Of a stretch of 64,000 bases of DNA, positions 29,285-39,094 are shown piece by piece. A program made the translations under genes and the position numbers. Source of the DNA: an uncultured Acidimicrobiales bacterium (lineage in GTDB: Bacteria; Actinomycetota; Acidimicrobiia; Acidimicrobiales; DATKAS01); NCBI GenBank assembly GCA_963726695.1, contig CAVSDE010000007.1, positions 32,466 through 96,465 of the forward strand, given 5' to 3'. Position 1 is the stretch's first letter. Each line of letters begins with the position of its first letter. The notes below the pieces were generated by a model. It saw only the letters and a list, made by a program, of their open reading frames with translations. It was not told the DNA's origin and ran no database searches.

Positions 29285-31771
29285 GCGCTCTCGTCCATCA
29301 ACAGCAACACGCCTTCGCAGGTGCGCACCAGCACCCGCGCGGTGTCGGCGACCTTCGGCTGCGTCAACGGGTTCTCAGCCCGCCGCTGCCAGCGCGCCGC
29401 GGTGTCGAGCAAGGCCACTCGCACCTGCGCCGGTGAGGAGTCGGGAGGCAGACCGAGCCGGGCGGCAGGGCGCGAGCCTTCGGCGCCGAGGAGCCGTTCG
29501 ACCGCGTCACGCTCGTCGTCGCGCACGGGGATCGCTCCCGACCTCACCAGATCGAGCACGCGCAGCTCGACGAGATCGTGGGCGCCGGCCGTGATGCGCT
29601 CGAGCTCGGCCGCCAACGCGTCGGCGCCGTCTCGATGATCCATCCGCACCACGTCGTCCATGACCGCGAGCGCTGCCCTCGCCTTGAGCACGTCGCGCCG
29701 CGCGGCGAATTGCTGCATGAGAAGTCGGCGGAGGTCACCCAAGCCACTCGAGCCCGACGAGCTCGTCGGCGAGACGAGTCGACGTCGGCGCGACTCCCGC
29801 GCGGACCATCTCGACCGAGCGGCGGATGCCGAAGAGGCCGAAGCGCTCCAACAGCTCTTGGCGCTCGACGGAGGTGAGGCCGCTCACGCTCGCCGCCGGC
29901 GTCTCGGGATCGACGAAGTCGTCGACCGACATCAGGACTGCCTCGAGGTCGGCAGGAGCAAGCCGCGCGAGCAGCTCGAACGCGTGGAACTCGTCCTCCC
30001 TCAGCGTCATCCCCGCTTGCGCGATCAGGCCCGCGACGGGCACGACGGCCTGACAGATGCGCCGCAGCCGAGGATCTCGTGAGTATCGGGTCGCGACTCT
30101 CGCCGCGGACTCCATCGCGTCGGGACGCCCGACTCCGACCTCGTCGGCGCGGGAGAGCACGGCGATGACGCTCGTCGGGGCCGAGTCGTCGCGATCTGTG
30201 AACGTGTCCAGAAACCTCAGGTCGGAGGGATGGAGATGGCGAGTCAGATAGACGATCGCATCGGCCGGGCTGTCACTGACCTCACCCGAGAAGGCCGCCT
30301 CGGTGCTGGCCGAGAGCTCGGCGGAGATCGACGCCAGACCGGGAGTGTCGATGAGGCTCATCGCGCGCAGCGCCGACGACGGCCATTCGATGACGATGCG
30401 CTCGACTGCCTCAGCGCTGAGCTCGCCCAACGAGATCGAGATCGCTCCGCCCTCGCGGGTGAACACCGCGGTGCGCGAGCTCACCGTGCGCGGATGCAAC
30501 GTCGCCTTGTAGGACGGGCCGTCGACGTACCAAGTGACGACGCGGGTGCACTCCCCCGCATCGGTCGGCGCGAGCTCCTCGCCCACGAGCGCGTTGAGCA
30601 ACGTCGACTTGCCCGCCTTCACCCGACCGACGATCGCGACGCGCAGCGGCTCTCCGAGTCGGGCGCGGACGCGGCGCAACCGCTCGCCGGACGCGGGCGA
30701 GCCACCCGGTGTGGACTCGTAGAACCCGATGGCCGACTCGAGCAGGACGGTGACCTGGTCGAGCAGGCTCGGCGGCGCCGGTGGACCACCCGGTCTCGGC
30801 GCCCGAAGGCGCGGCGGGGGCGGAGGCATCGATCGCGGAGACGGCGGCGCGAGACCGGTCGCTCCGCTGGCTCGCGGGGCATCGGTCTCGGCCGCCCGCG
30901 TCACGAGCATCTTGCTCATGGCCTGGCCGCACGCCTGTTGGGTCTCCTGCAAACGACGGCCGAATGCCGCGACGGACTCGGGGCGATCGTCGGGGTCCTT
31001 GTGCAGCCCGAGCTCGAGCACGTCGGCGACCGCAGGTGGCACGCCGCGCTCCCGTAGGTCCGGCGGCGAATCGAGCGCGATCCGTCGGATCAACGGAGCG
31101 ATCGATTCCTCGTCCCCGAGCCAAAACGCGGGCGCACCCGCGAGCAGCTCGTAGAGCGTCGACGCGAGGGCGTACAGGTCGCTCGCCGGTCCCGGCGACT
31201 GACCGCCCAGCAGCTCAGGTGCGGCGTGCACGAGCGTCGCCGTCACCTTCCCGGCGGCTGTCTCGTACGCGCCCTTGACGCGGGCGATCCCGAAGTCGCC
31301 GAGATGGGGCTCGCCCCACGCCGACAGCAGGATGTTCTCCGGCTTCACATCTCGGTGCAGCACACCCTCGCGATGCGAGCTCTCGAGCGCGCCAGCAAGC
31401 TTCACGCCGAAGTCGAGGACGTCGACCCACGGCACGCGCTGCTCCGCGAGCAGATCGTGAAGGGAGCCGCCGGGCAGGTACTCCATGATGATGTAGGGCT
31501 GTCCGGCCGCAGTGCCGGAGTCGAACACCGTGACGATGTGCGGGTGGCCCGAGAGGCTCCCCATCGCGGCGCACTCTCGCTCGAAGCGGATGGTGGCGGC
31601 CTCGTCGAGCTCCCCCGTCAGCACCTTGACCGCGACTTCCCGGTGGAAACGGGTCTGGCGGGCGCGGTACACGACGCCGTAGCCCCCTCGGCCCACGAGC
31701 ACGGCATCGGTGATCCCGTCGATGCCGAGGTCGACCGATTCGACACTCCCGGGGGCTCTCGCGTCGGACAC
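29281..31771 (-). CDS. Hanks-type Ser/Thr kinase fused to a dynamin-like GTPase; frameshift near 29760
   Basis: Kinase motifs: GRGGYGVVYRA, VAVKV, HRDVKPENILL, DFGIA, VHAAPE. A Pro-rich linker (PPPPPRLRAPRPGGPPAPP) follows. GTPase motifs: G1 IVGRVKAGKSTLLNALVG, G3 LIDTPGLAS, G4 LSRAD. Kinase and G domain lie in one uninterrupted frame (ORF 29735..32752). The C-terminal stalk continues in ORF 29281..29742. I place the start at GTG 31771. Confidence 0.7.
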
Positions 31772-31837
31772 TGGGCGTGAGCCTACGGTCGAGCCGCGCT
31801 TGCCTAGGCTGCGCCGAGCCGTGAGGGGGTTGCTGGC

Positions 31838-34465
31838 GTGACGTACGAGCTCGGGATCGATCTCGGCACGACCTGGACTGCCGCGGCCGTGTGGCGCAAC
31901 GAGCGAGCGACGATCGTCAACCTGGGCACCCGCCAGGCCGCGGTGCCGTCGATCGTCTACCTCGGTCCCGATGGCGGCGTGCTCGTCGGCGAGGCGGCCG
32001 ACCGTCGTGTCCTCACCGAGCCCGAGCGCGTCGCGCGCCAGTTCAAGCGCCGCATCGGCGACCCCGCGCCGATCCTGGTCGGCGGCGCTCCCCACTCGGC
32101 CGAGCTGCTCACGAGCAAGCTGCTCCGCTGGGTCGTCGACGCCGTCGCGAGTCGTGAGGGCGAGATGCCCACCACGATCACCATCACCCATCCGGCGAAC
32201 TGGGGCGCCTACAAGAAGGATCTCCTCGAGCAGGCCGTGCACCTCGCGGGTCTGTCGGGGCCGGGGAACCCGACGATCCGCTTGCTGTCCGAGCCGGAGG
32301 CCGCGGCGATCCACTACGCGGGCACTGAGAGAGTCGAGCCCGGTCAAGCCGTGGCCGTCTACGACCTCGGTGGCGGCACGTTCGACTCCGCCGTGCTGCG
32401 CGCGACCGGCGACAGCTTCGCGATCCTCGGAGCTCCGGAGGGCATCGAGCGTCTCGGAGGCATCGACTTCGACGCCGCGGTGATGGGCCACGTCATGCGA
32501 CGCTCGGAGGACTCGACGATCTCGATCCCGACGATCCCGCAGTAGCGACGGCGGTCGCCCATCTGCGCGACCAGTGCACTGCCGCGAAGGAGGCGCTGTC
32601 GGTCGACACGCAGACGATCGTGCCGGTGATGCTGCCGGGCCGGCACACCGAGGTGCGGCTGACGCGTGCCGAGCTCGAGGCGATGCTGCGACCCGCGCTC
32701 GAGGAGACTGTCGCCGCGACGACCCGCCGCGTTGCGCACCGCGGGACTGCAAGCCTCCGACCTCAGAGCAGTGGTGCTCGTCGGAGGGTCGAGCCGCATC
32801 CCGCTCGTCGCGCAGCTCGTGACGTCAGCCCTCGGGCGTCCGGTCGCGATCGACACCGATCCGAAGCACGCGATCGCACTCGGCGCCGCGCGCCACGCAC
32901 ACCTGAGCACTGCCGGACCGGGCGCCATCACCTCACCGAGCCGTCAGACGGCGGACGGCCTGGCCCGCGGACAACCGCTCGCGGCTGCCGCGGCGATGAC
33001 TCCGCTCGCGTCCCCTCCGCCGTCGCCCGGTCGGATGACGCCGCCGCCCGCGCCACCGCCGACCGCGTCCATCGTGCCGCCGCGGACCAGCGGGCCGATC
33101 CCGACCGCGCCACCGCCCTTCTCGACCCCGCCTCCGTCATCGACCCCGCCCCCATCGATGACGCCGCCTCCGTACGTCCCGCCTCCCAGCGAGCCGACGA
33201 CCCCGGGTGGTCGGCGTCGTCAGGGCCATCCAAGGGCAAGCGCACCGGCCTCCTCATCGGCGCGGGCGTCGTGGTGGTGGCCCTCCTCGCGGGCGGCGTC
33301 GCCGTGCTCGCCGGTGGCGGTGGCGGCGGAGATGACTCAGGCACGCAGGCCACGGGCACCACGGTCGCCACCGACGACACCACCTCCGACGGCGGGGCCG
33401 ACACGACTGCGGTCACCGACGGCGGCGACATCTCCGACCCGCTCGAGGCGGGTTTGCTGTCTTCGCTGGACTTCGAGAGCGTCACCGGAGCGGTGACGCT
33501 CCAGGGAGCGGTGACGTTCCCGAGCGACGTGCTGTGCGACGCCGACGGCGTCATCGGCACCTCGAGCTTCGTGGACTACCGCTCGCGTCTCTTCGCCGAC
33601 AACCCGGACTTCAGCGGGAAGAAGGCCGCCACGGGCGCGATCGAGTTCCCCGACAGCGACGCGGCCGACGCTTTCCTCGAGCAGCTCAACAACTTCGGTG
33701 CGAGCCACGTCGTCACCGACGAGTGCCCCCTCACGCAGGTCGACTTCTTCGACGGCACTGTCGCGTTCAAGGAGACGCCCGCGGGCGGGGGCGATCAGGG
33801 AGCTATCGGCTTCGCGAAGGTCGACCCGGATGTGGTGGTGTTCGTGGGGGTCGGGGATCCGACTGGGATGGATCCCTCCGAAGTCCAGTTCCTCGTGCAG
33901 GAGCAGAAGCAGAAGATGGGGGCACTGCTCAACGGAGACTCAGGCGGCGCTGACACCTCGACACTGGCGACACTGCAGGGCGCGCTGCTCACCCCCGACG
34001 ACGTGGGCACCGGCTTCGACCAGACGATCACCTCGGTCGATCCCGAAGTCGACTACCTGTGCTTCAGCACACCGTCGGCCGACCGCTCTGCCGCCACCGA
34101 GGTCGACGAGCAGCTGTTCGGCCCGGACGGGACGAGCGAGGTCGCGATCGTCACCCTGTCGTTCCCCGACGCGGCGACCGCCGCCACCTATCTCGCGGAC
34201 ACCGAGGCGTTCATCGACGAGAACATCGACGGTGGCTGCGCCCTGACGGTCGAGCCCACCGACGCCCTCGAAGCAGTCCACCAGCCTCGACGACGCCTTC
34301 ACCTTGACGTTCGATGGTGGCAACGGACGCAGCCAAGCGACCTGGGCGAAGCTCGGGAACGTGGTCGTCGTCGTGATCGGCAACCCGCTGACGACCGCCA
34401 ACGTCGACGACCTCGTGGCCGCTCAGATGAACCGCATCAACGACGCCGGGCTCATCACGGACTGA
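31838..34465 (+). CDS. Hsp70/actin-fold ATPase-like protein, Pro-rich linker, TM helix, two extracytoplasmic Cys-containing sensor-like domains; four frameshifts (about 32502, 32735, 33215, 34276)
   Basis: Hsp70 NBD motifs: LGIDLGTTWTAAAV, ITHPANW, LLSEPEAAAIHY, VYDLGGGTFD, VVLVGGSSRIPLV. The linker is TPPPSMTPPPYVPPP. TM helix: LLIGAGVVVVALLAGGVAVLAG. The extracytoplasmic part contains paired Cys residues (VLCDADG...TDECPL and DYLCFSTP...DGGCAL). Confidence 0.7.
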
Positions 34466-34519
34466 ATCGGGTATCAACTCGCCGTAAAGAGTCGTGGGAT
34501 TCCCGTCGATGAAAGAAGG

Positions 34520-35110
34520 GTGGCGCAGCAGCGCGACTTCGGCGCGGTCCTCGAAGGAGCCAAGAAGGGCGAGCACTGGGCAGTCGCGCTGCTGTTCGAG
34601 GATGTCCAGCCGCGCTTGCTCCGCTACCTGCGCAGCCGAGACCACGCCGCCGCTGACGACATCGCTGGCGAGGTGTGGGAGGCGATCGCCAGGGGGATCC
34701 GAAGCTTCGAAGGCGACGACTCCGACTTCCGCGGCTGGGCGTTCACCATCGCCCGTCGTCGGCTCATCGACCACCACCGAAAGCGTGAGCGGCGAAAGAC
34801 CGATCCCGCGGACGAGGCGACGTTCACGGCACTCCCAGGCGCCGAGACGACCGATCGTGCAGCGATCGACCACTTGTCCGCTCAGGAGGCGATCGCACTC
34901 ATCACGTCCTGCCTCACCGAGGAGCAGGCCGAGGTGGTGCTGCTTCGCGTCGTCGGCGGCATGGACACCCATCTCGTCGCCGAGGCGCTGCAGCGATCAG
35001 AGTCGTGGGTGCGGGTGACCCAACACCGGGCGCTCAAGCGTCTCGCCGAGCACGTCGATCGCGACCTCGCTCCACTCGGTGTAACACCGATGCCTCGCCA
35101 CACGATGTAG
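34520..35110 (+). CDS. ECF (group 4) sigma-70 family sigma factor
   Basis: Region 2: DIAGEVWEAIARGIRSFEGDDSDFRGWAFTIARRRLIDHHRK. Region 4: LTEEQAEVVLLRVVGGMDTHLVAEALQRSESWVRVTQHRALKRL. Confidence 0.8.
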   Translation: MAQQRDFGAVLEGAKKGEHWAVALLFEDVQPRLLRYLRSRDHAAADDIAGEVWEAIARGIRSFEGDDSDFRGWAFTIARRRLIDHHRKRERRKTDPADEATFTALPGAETTDRAAIDHLSAQEAIALITSCLTEEQAEVVLLRVVGGMDTHLVAEALQRSESWVRVTQHRALKRLAEHVDRDLAPLGVTPMPRHTM

Positions 35111-36072
35111 TGGGTGTGTCAGACCACACACCCGACGAGATCGCGACATCGGCGGCCCTCTTGAAGAGAGCGAGCAGCCCGGCCACGGCTGACGAGCTCG
35201 AAGCCGCCGACGCCACGATCTCCCGGTTCATCGAAGTGGTCCTCGAACCGTCTGAGACAGCACCGACGCGACGGCGCCGTGCGCTTCCGGTGCCGACGAG
35301 GGTGGCCGCCGTGGTCGTCGCGGCGACGCTGTGGTCCACGGGCATCGCTGCGGCAGCGACCGGGCATCTCCCCGACCAGGTGCAGCACGCGGTGTCGAAC
35401 ACCGCGTCGCACGTCGGGCTCTCGTTGCCCGATCCGTCGGATGAGAGGGCCGTAGAGACAAGCGACGAGCAGAGCCGAGGCGATCGCAGCATCAACACCA
35501 ACGAGTCGGACTCGTCCACATCATCGATCGTCACGAGCACGACATCGCCGACCTCGACATCGCCGACCTCGACATCGCCGACCACGACAGCGACGCCGAC
35601 GGACGGATCGGTCGCGGCCGCGTCGGCCTCGCTCTCCGGCGGTGCTTCGCGGGGCGTCGGTCCCGATGTGAACGGGCCTGCGCACGACGGCCTGTGCAAC
35701 GCCTACCTGCGCGGGCTCGCCACCGGGCACCCGAAGAACCCAGACGCGCCGCCGTGGCGCGACCTGCTCTCAGGCGCGAAGCAGGCGGGCAAGAGCGTCG
35801 AGGCGTTCTGCGGCTCGACCACTGCGACCACGACGGCGACCACAGTCGCATCGGCAGCGACCACGGCCTCGAAGTCCTCGACGAGCTCGAGCACGGCCAC
35901 AACGGACGAGACCAGCACCACGATCCAGGCGGAAGGGAACCCCCATGGCGGCGGCAACGGAAGCAGCGACGCTGGCAACGGTGACGGAAGCAGCCAAGGC
36001 AACAGAAACGGCAACAGCCAAGGCAACAGCCAAGGCAACAGAGACGGCAACGGCAACAGCCAGGGCGGTTAG
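35110..36072 (+). CDS. single-pass membrane protein, candidate anti-sigma factor, with Ser/Thr-rich and Gly/Asn/Ser/Gln-rich low-complexity regions
   Basis: GTG 35110 overlaps the sigma factor TAG by 1 nt. TM helix: VAAVVVAATLWSTGIAAAA. The extracytoplasmic part has a CNAYLRGL...VEAFCG motif and the tail GNRNGNSQGNSQGNRDGNGNSQGG. Confidence 0.5.
   Translation: MGVSDHTPDEIATSAALLKRASSPATADELEAADATISRFIEVVLEPSETAPTRRRRALPVPTRVAAVVVAATLWSTGIAAAATGHLPDQVQHAVSNTASHVGLSLPDPSDERAVETSDEQSRGDRSINTNESDSSTSSIVTSTTSPTSTSPTSTSPTTTATPTDGSVAAASASLSGGASRGVGPDVNGPAHDGLCNAYLRGLATGHPKNPDAPPWRDLLSGAKQAGKSVEAFCGSTTATTTATTVASAATTASKSSTSSSTATTDETSTTIQAEGNPHGGGNGSSDAGNGDGSSQGNRNGNSQGNSQGNRDGNGNSQGG
35541..35583 (+). 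repeat. 15-bp in-frame tandem repeat x3 (TSPTS units)
   Basis: gacatcgccgacctc is repeated three times and the last copy is slightly divergent. A second short 12-bp repeat (ggcaacagccaa) occurs around 36010-36060. Confidence 0.8.
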
Positions 36073-36079
36073 CCGGGCG

Positions 36080-36583
36080 GTGCCCATCGCGGAGGTCCGC
36101 CGCAACCCCCGACTGCTCGTCGACGCGTTCGTCGTCGAGTCCGGGGCGAGCCCGTGGAACCCCGCCCGAGGGACGCGCGAAGTCGCTCGGTATCGACATT
36201 CGTTCGACATCCCCCTCGTCGGTGTCCTCGAGCAGGCGGGCACGCATTACCTCTACCAGTGCGTGCTCGGCCAGGACGAGGAAGTGAACATCTGGCTCTA
36301 CACACCACTGCTGCCATCCGAGCGGGACTCGATCGACGCGGCGAGCCCGCGGAAGGCGAACGAGCTGTTCCAGCGCTATAGCCGTCGCGATGGCCGGCTC
36401 GCGATCGCCCACAACAGCGTTGGGATCATCGCCGTGCGTCCGCTCAAGGCCGACGCGGACCCGACCATCGAGGTCGGCGTGCTCTTCACCGCACTGCGTG
36501 ACTACCTCGGCAAGCTGCGGATCCACGCCCAGCGGGTCCGGCAGCGCTTCGCGACCTCACGGCCGATCCCTGCCCCTGCCTGA
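36080..36583 (+). CDS. hypothetical protein
   Basis: GTG 36080 within ORF 35945..36583. The composition is non-repetitive (VPIAEVRRNPRLLVDAFVVESGASPWNPARGTREVARYRHSFDIPLVGVLEQAGTHYLYQCVLG...). I do not recognise a family. Confidence 0.4.
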   Translation: MPIAEVRRNPRLLVDAFVVESGASPWNPARGTREVARYRHSFDIPLVGVLEQAGTHYLYQCVLGQDEEVNIWLYTPLLPSERDSIDAASPRKANELFQRYSRRDGRLAIAHNSVGIIAVRPLKADADPTIEVGVLFTALRDYLGKLRIHAQRVRQRFATSRPIPAPA

Positions 36584-36593
36584 TCGCGGTCGG

Positions 36594-36622
36594 AAATAAA
36601 AGTAGTAATAACTTGTTCTTTG
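36594..36622 (+). promoter_or_regulatory. AT-rich island upstream of the SDR/QueA-like/HTH operon (candidate promoter or UP element)
   Basis: aaataaaagtagtaataacttgttctttg has about 6 G/C in 29 nt, in a window where most sequence is far more GC-rich. It is followed by tacctt (TAnnnT) and a ggaaagggg RBS before ATG 36654. Confidence 0.35.
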
Positions 36623-36653
36623 CGGTACCTTCCTCGACAGGAAAGGGGTCGCA

Positions 36654-37346
36654 ATGGACCAACCAGTCGCAGTCATCACCGGGGCGTCTCAGGGATTCGG
36701 CCGGGCGATCGCCGAGGCACTCGCTGCCCGGGGCTGGCGACTCGTGATCGACGCTCGGCGCCGTGATCGCCTCGACCCGACTGCAGCGTCGCTCTCTTCG
36801 ACCACCGAGGTCGTCGCGATCGCTGGTGACGTCGCTGACACCGAACACCGCGCCGAGCTCATCGCTGCAGCCGAGCGCTTCGGTCGACTCGATCTCGTCG
36901 TGAACAACGCGAGCACGCTCGGCGAGAGTCCGCTCCCTCCACTCGCGACGATCGACCTCGACGTGCTGCGTGCCATCTACGCAACGAACGTCGTCGCGCC
37001 ACTCGCACTCACGCAGGGTCTCCTCGCCGAGCTGCGACACAGCGGAGGGACCGTCGTGAACGTCACGTCCGACGCGGGCGTCGAGCCCTACGAGGGATGG
37101 GGTGGCTACGGGTCGTCGAAGGCGGCGCTCGAGCATCTCTCGGCGATCCTCGCAGTGGAGGAGCCGAAGCTTCGAGTGCTCTGGGTCGACCCAGGAGACA
37201 TGCGCACCGAGATGCACCAGGACGCGTTTCCCGGTGAGGACATCTCCGATCGACCGCTTCCGGAAGCGGCGATCCCGCAGCTGCTCGCGTTGCTCGACAG
37301 CGACGCTCCGAGCGGTCGGTATCGCCTGTCGGAGGTGCCGTCATGA
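36654..37346 (+). CDS. short-chain dehydrogenase/reductase (SDR)
   Basis: TGASQGFGRAIA (TGxxxGxG), NNAS, YGSSKAALEHL (YxxxK). Confidence 0.8.
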   Translation: MDQPVAVITGASQGFGRAIAEALAARGWRLVIDARRRDRLDPTAASLSSTTEVVAIAGDVADTEHRAELIAAAERFGRLDLVVNNASTLGESPLPPLATIDLDVLRAIYATNVVAPLALTQGLLAELRHSGGTVVNVTSDAGVEPYEGWGGYGSSKAALEHLSAILAVEEPKLRVLWVDPGDMRTEMHQDAFPGEDISDRPLPEAAIPQLLALLDSDAPSGRYRLSEVPS

Positions 37347-38395
37347 GCGCCGTCCTCGAGTCGTCGCTCACTCGGGCGCTCGATCCGTCGCTCGAAGCCC
37401 ACGAGCCCGCCGAGGTGCGAGGCCGCGGCCGCGACGACGTGCGGCTCCTCGTCTCCGACGGCGCAGATCGAGTCGTGCACACGGCCTTCTCCGAGATCCC
37501 TTCGCACCTCGCGCCTGGCGACCTCCTCGTCGTCAACACGTCGGCGACTGTCGCCGCGTCGGTCGCCGCCGAGACACCTGCGGGACGCGTCCTGCGCATC
37601 CACTTCTCGACGGAGCTCCCTGGCGGGCTGTGGCTCGTCGAAGCCCGTCAGCCAGTCGGCATCACCACTGTGCCGATCGACGACGACCTCGCGGGCGACG
37701 TGGTCCTCGAGGGCGAAGGACATCTCACGCTCCTCGAGCGCTTCGGTGATTCACGACGGCTCTGGATCGCAGCGCCGCACCTCGGCGGAACCGTGCTCGA
37801 CCACCTCGCGCGCTACGGAGAGCCGATTCGGTACCGCCACGCCCCGGACCCGTGGCCGCTCTCGGCCTATCAGCAGATCTTCGGCGCCGAGCCCGGAAGC
37901 GCGGAGATGCCCAGCGCATCGCGGCCGTTCACCTCAGACCTCGTCGTCGACCTCGTGCGACACGGGGTCCCGGTCACGCCGATCCTGTTGCACACGGGCG
38001 TGTCGTCGCTCGAAGGCAACGAGATGCCCTACCCCGAGCGATATCGCGTGCCCGCGAGCACGGCGAACCTCGTGAATGCCGTGCACGACGGCGGCGGGCG
38101 GGTCGTTGCGATCGGCACGACCGTGGTCCGCGCGCTCGAGACCGTCGTCGACGATCGCGGTGTGGTGCATCCCGGTGCCGGATGGACCGAGCTCGTGGTG
38201 ACCCCCGAACGGGGCGTGCGCGCGGTCGACGGTCTGCTCACTGGGTGGCACGAACCGGAGGCCACGCACCTCCTCATGCTCGAAGCGATCGCTGGGCGAC
38301 CTACGCTCGAGCGGGCCTACGACGAAGCACGACGAGGTGGATACCTGTGGCACGAGTTCGGCGACAGCCACCTGTTGCTCCCTGATCGACGATGA
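37343..38395 (+). CDS. S-adenosylmethionine:tRNA ribosyltransferase-isomerase (QueA)-like protein
   Basis: 350 aa with QueA-like motifs: LLVVNTSATV, AIGTTVVRALE, LLTGWHEPEATHLLMLEA, YLWHEFGDSHLL. It overlaps the SDR stop by 4 nt. Confidence 0.65.
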   Translation: MSAVLESSLTRALDPSLEAHEPAEVRGRGRDDVRLLVSDGADRVVHTAFSEIPSHLAPGDLLVVNTSATVAASVAAETPAGRVLRIHFSTELPGGLWLVEARQPVGITTVPIDDDLAGDVVLEGEGHLTLLERFGDSRRLWIAAPHLGGTVLDHLARYGEPIRYRHAPDPWPLSAYQQIFGAEPGSAEMPSASRPFTSDLVVDLVRHGVPVTPILLHTGVSSLEGNEMPYPERYRVPASTANLVNAVHDGGGRVVAIGTTVVRALETVVDDRGVVHPGAGWTELVVTPERGVRAVDGLLTGWHEPEATHLLMLEAIAGRPTLERAYDEARRGGYLWHEFGDSHLLLPDRR

Positions 38396-39045
38396 GCGAC
38401 CGCACCCTGGCCCCGACCCTCCCCGATGGGCGCCGCGCCGTGCTCTACGCGCTGCGGCGCCGTGGCCAGGCAACCGCCGCCGACATCGCTCGCCAGCTGC
38501 AGATGACGCCGAGCGGTGCGCGCCAGCATCTGGCCGCACTTGTCGACGAAGGCCTCGCCGAGGCGACCGAGCGACCCCGGCCCGCGGGGCAGCGAGGCCG
38601 GCCCCAGCTCGAGTACACGGTCACGGACAAGGCCGACGGTCTGTTCCCCAAGGCATACGGCGAGCTCACGAACGAGCTCCTCGGCTATGTGGCCGACGCC
38701 GACCCGGCCCTCGTCGACACGCTCTTCGAGAGACGGCGTGACGAACGGGTGCGCAATGCCACCGAGCGGTTGGGGCGGTGTCGTGGGCTGAAGGCAAAGG
38801 TTGCCGAGCTCGCCCGCATCCTCGACGACGACGGCTACCTCGCGACGTGGGACGAGATCCCCGGCGGCGCGCGGATCATCGAGCACAATTGCGCGATCTG
38901 GGCGGTCGCCCAGCGCTACGGCCAGGCCTGCACGAGTGAGATCGACTTCATCCGCACCGTGCTTCCCGGCGCCACCGTCGAGCGCGTGCAGCACATGGTG
39001 GCCGGCGCCCCGCACTGCGCCTACGAGGTACGACCCTCACGCTGA
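38392..39045 (+). CDS. ArsR-type winged-helix regulator with Cys-containing C-terminal domain (SufR-like layout)
   Basis: HTH: RRAVLYALRRRGQATAADIARQLQMTPSGARQHLAALVDEGL. The C-terminal Cys residues sit in HNCAIWAVAQRYGQACTSE...APHCAY. It overlaps the previous stop by 4 nt. Confidence 0.6.
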   Translation: MSDRTLAPTLPDGRRAVLYALRRRGQATAADIARQLQMTPSGARQHLAALVDEGLAEATERPRPAGQRGRPQLEYTVTDKADGLFPKAYGELTNELLGYVADADPALVDTLFERRRDERVRNATERLGRCRGLKAKVAELARILDDDGYLATWDEIPGGARIIEHNCAIWAVAQRYGQACTSEIDFIRTVLPGATVERVQHMVAGAPHCAYEVRPSR

Positions 39046-39094
39046 CCGGTGAGCATCCTCACGCTGTCGTCGAGCACAGCCGACAAGATGGGGC

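Noticed and set aside
29281-29742. ORF 29281..29742 as an independent 153-aa gene between the two dynamin-like genes.
   Set aside because: Reading one base off from the upstream frame gives a seamless continuation (LADELV / GSSGLGDLRRLLMQQF). The G-domain protein would otherwise lack most of its stalk. I therefore treat it as the C-terminus of the kinase-dynamin protein after a frameshift.
31772-32752. The N-terminal 330 codons of the 1005-aa minus-strand ORF 29735..32752, which would make the kinase-dynamin protein much longer.
   Set aside because: This part is Arg/Ala/Pro-rich nonsense and lies antisense to the well-supported Hsp70-like ATPase gene. The kinase glycine loop begins about 20 codons after the GTG at 31771, which is a normal distance.
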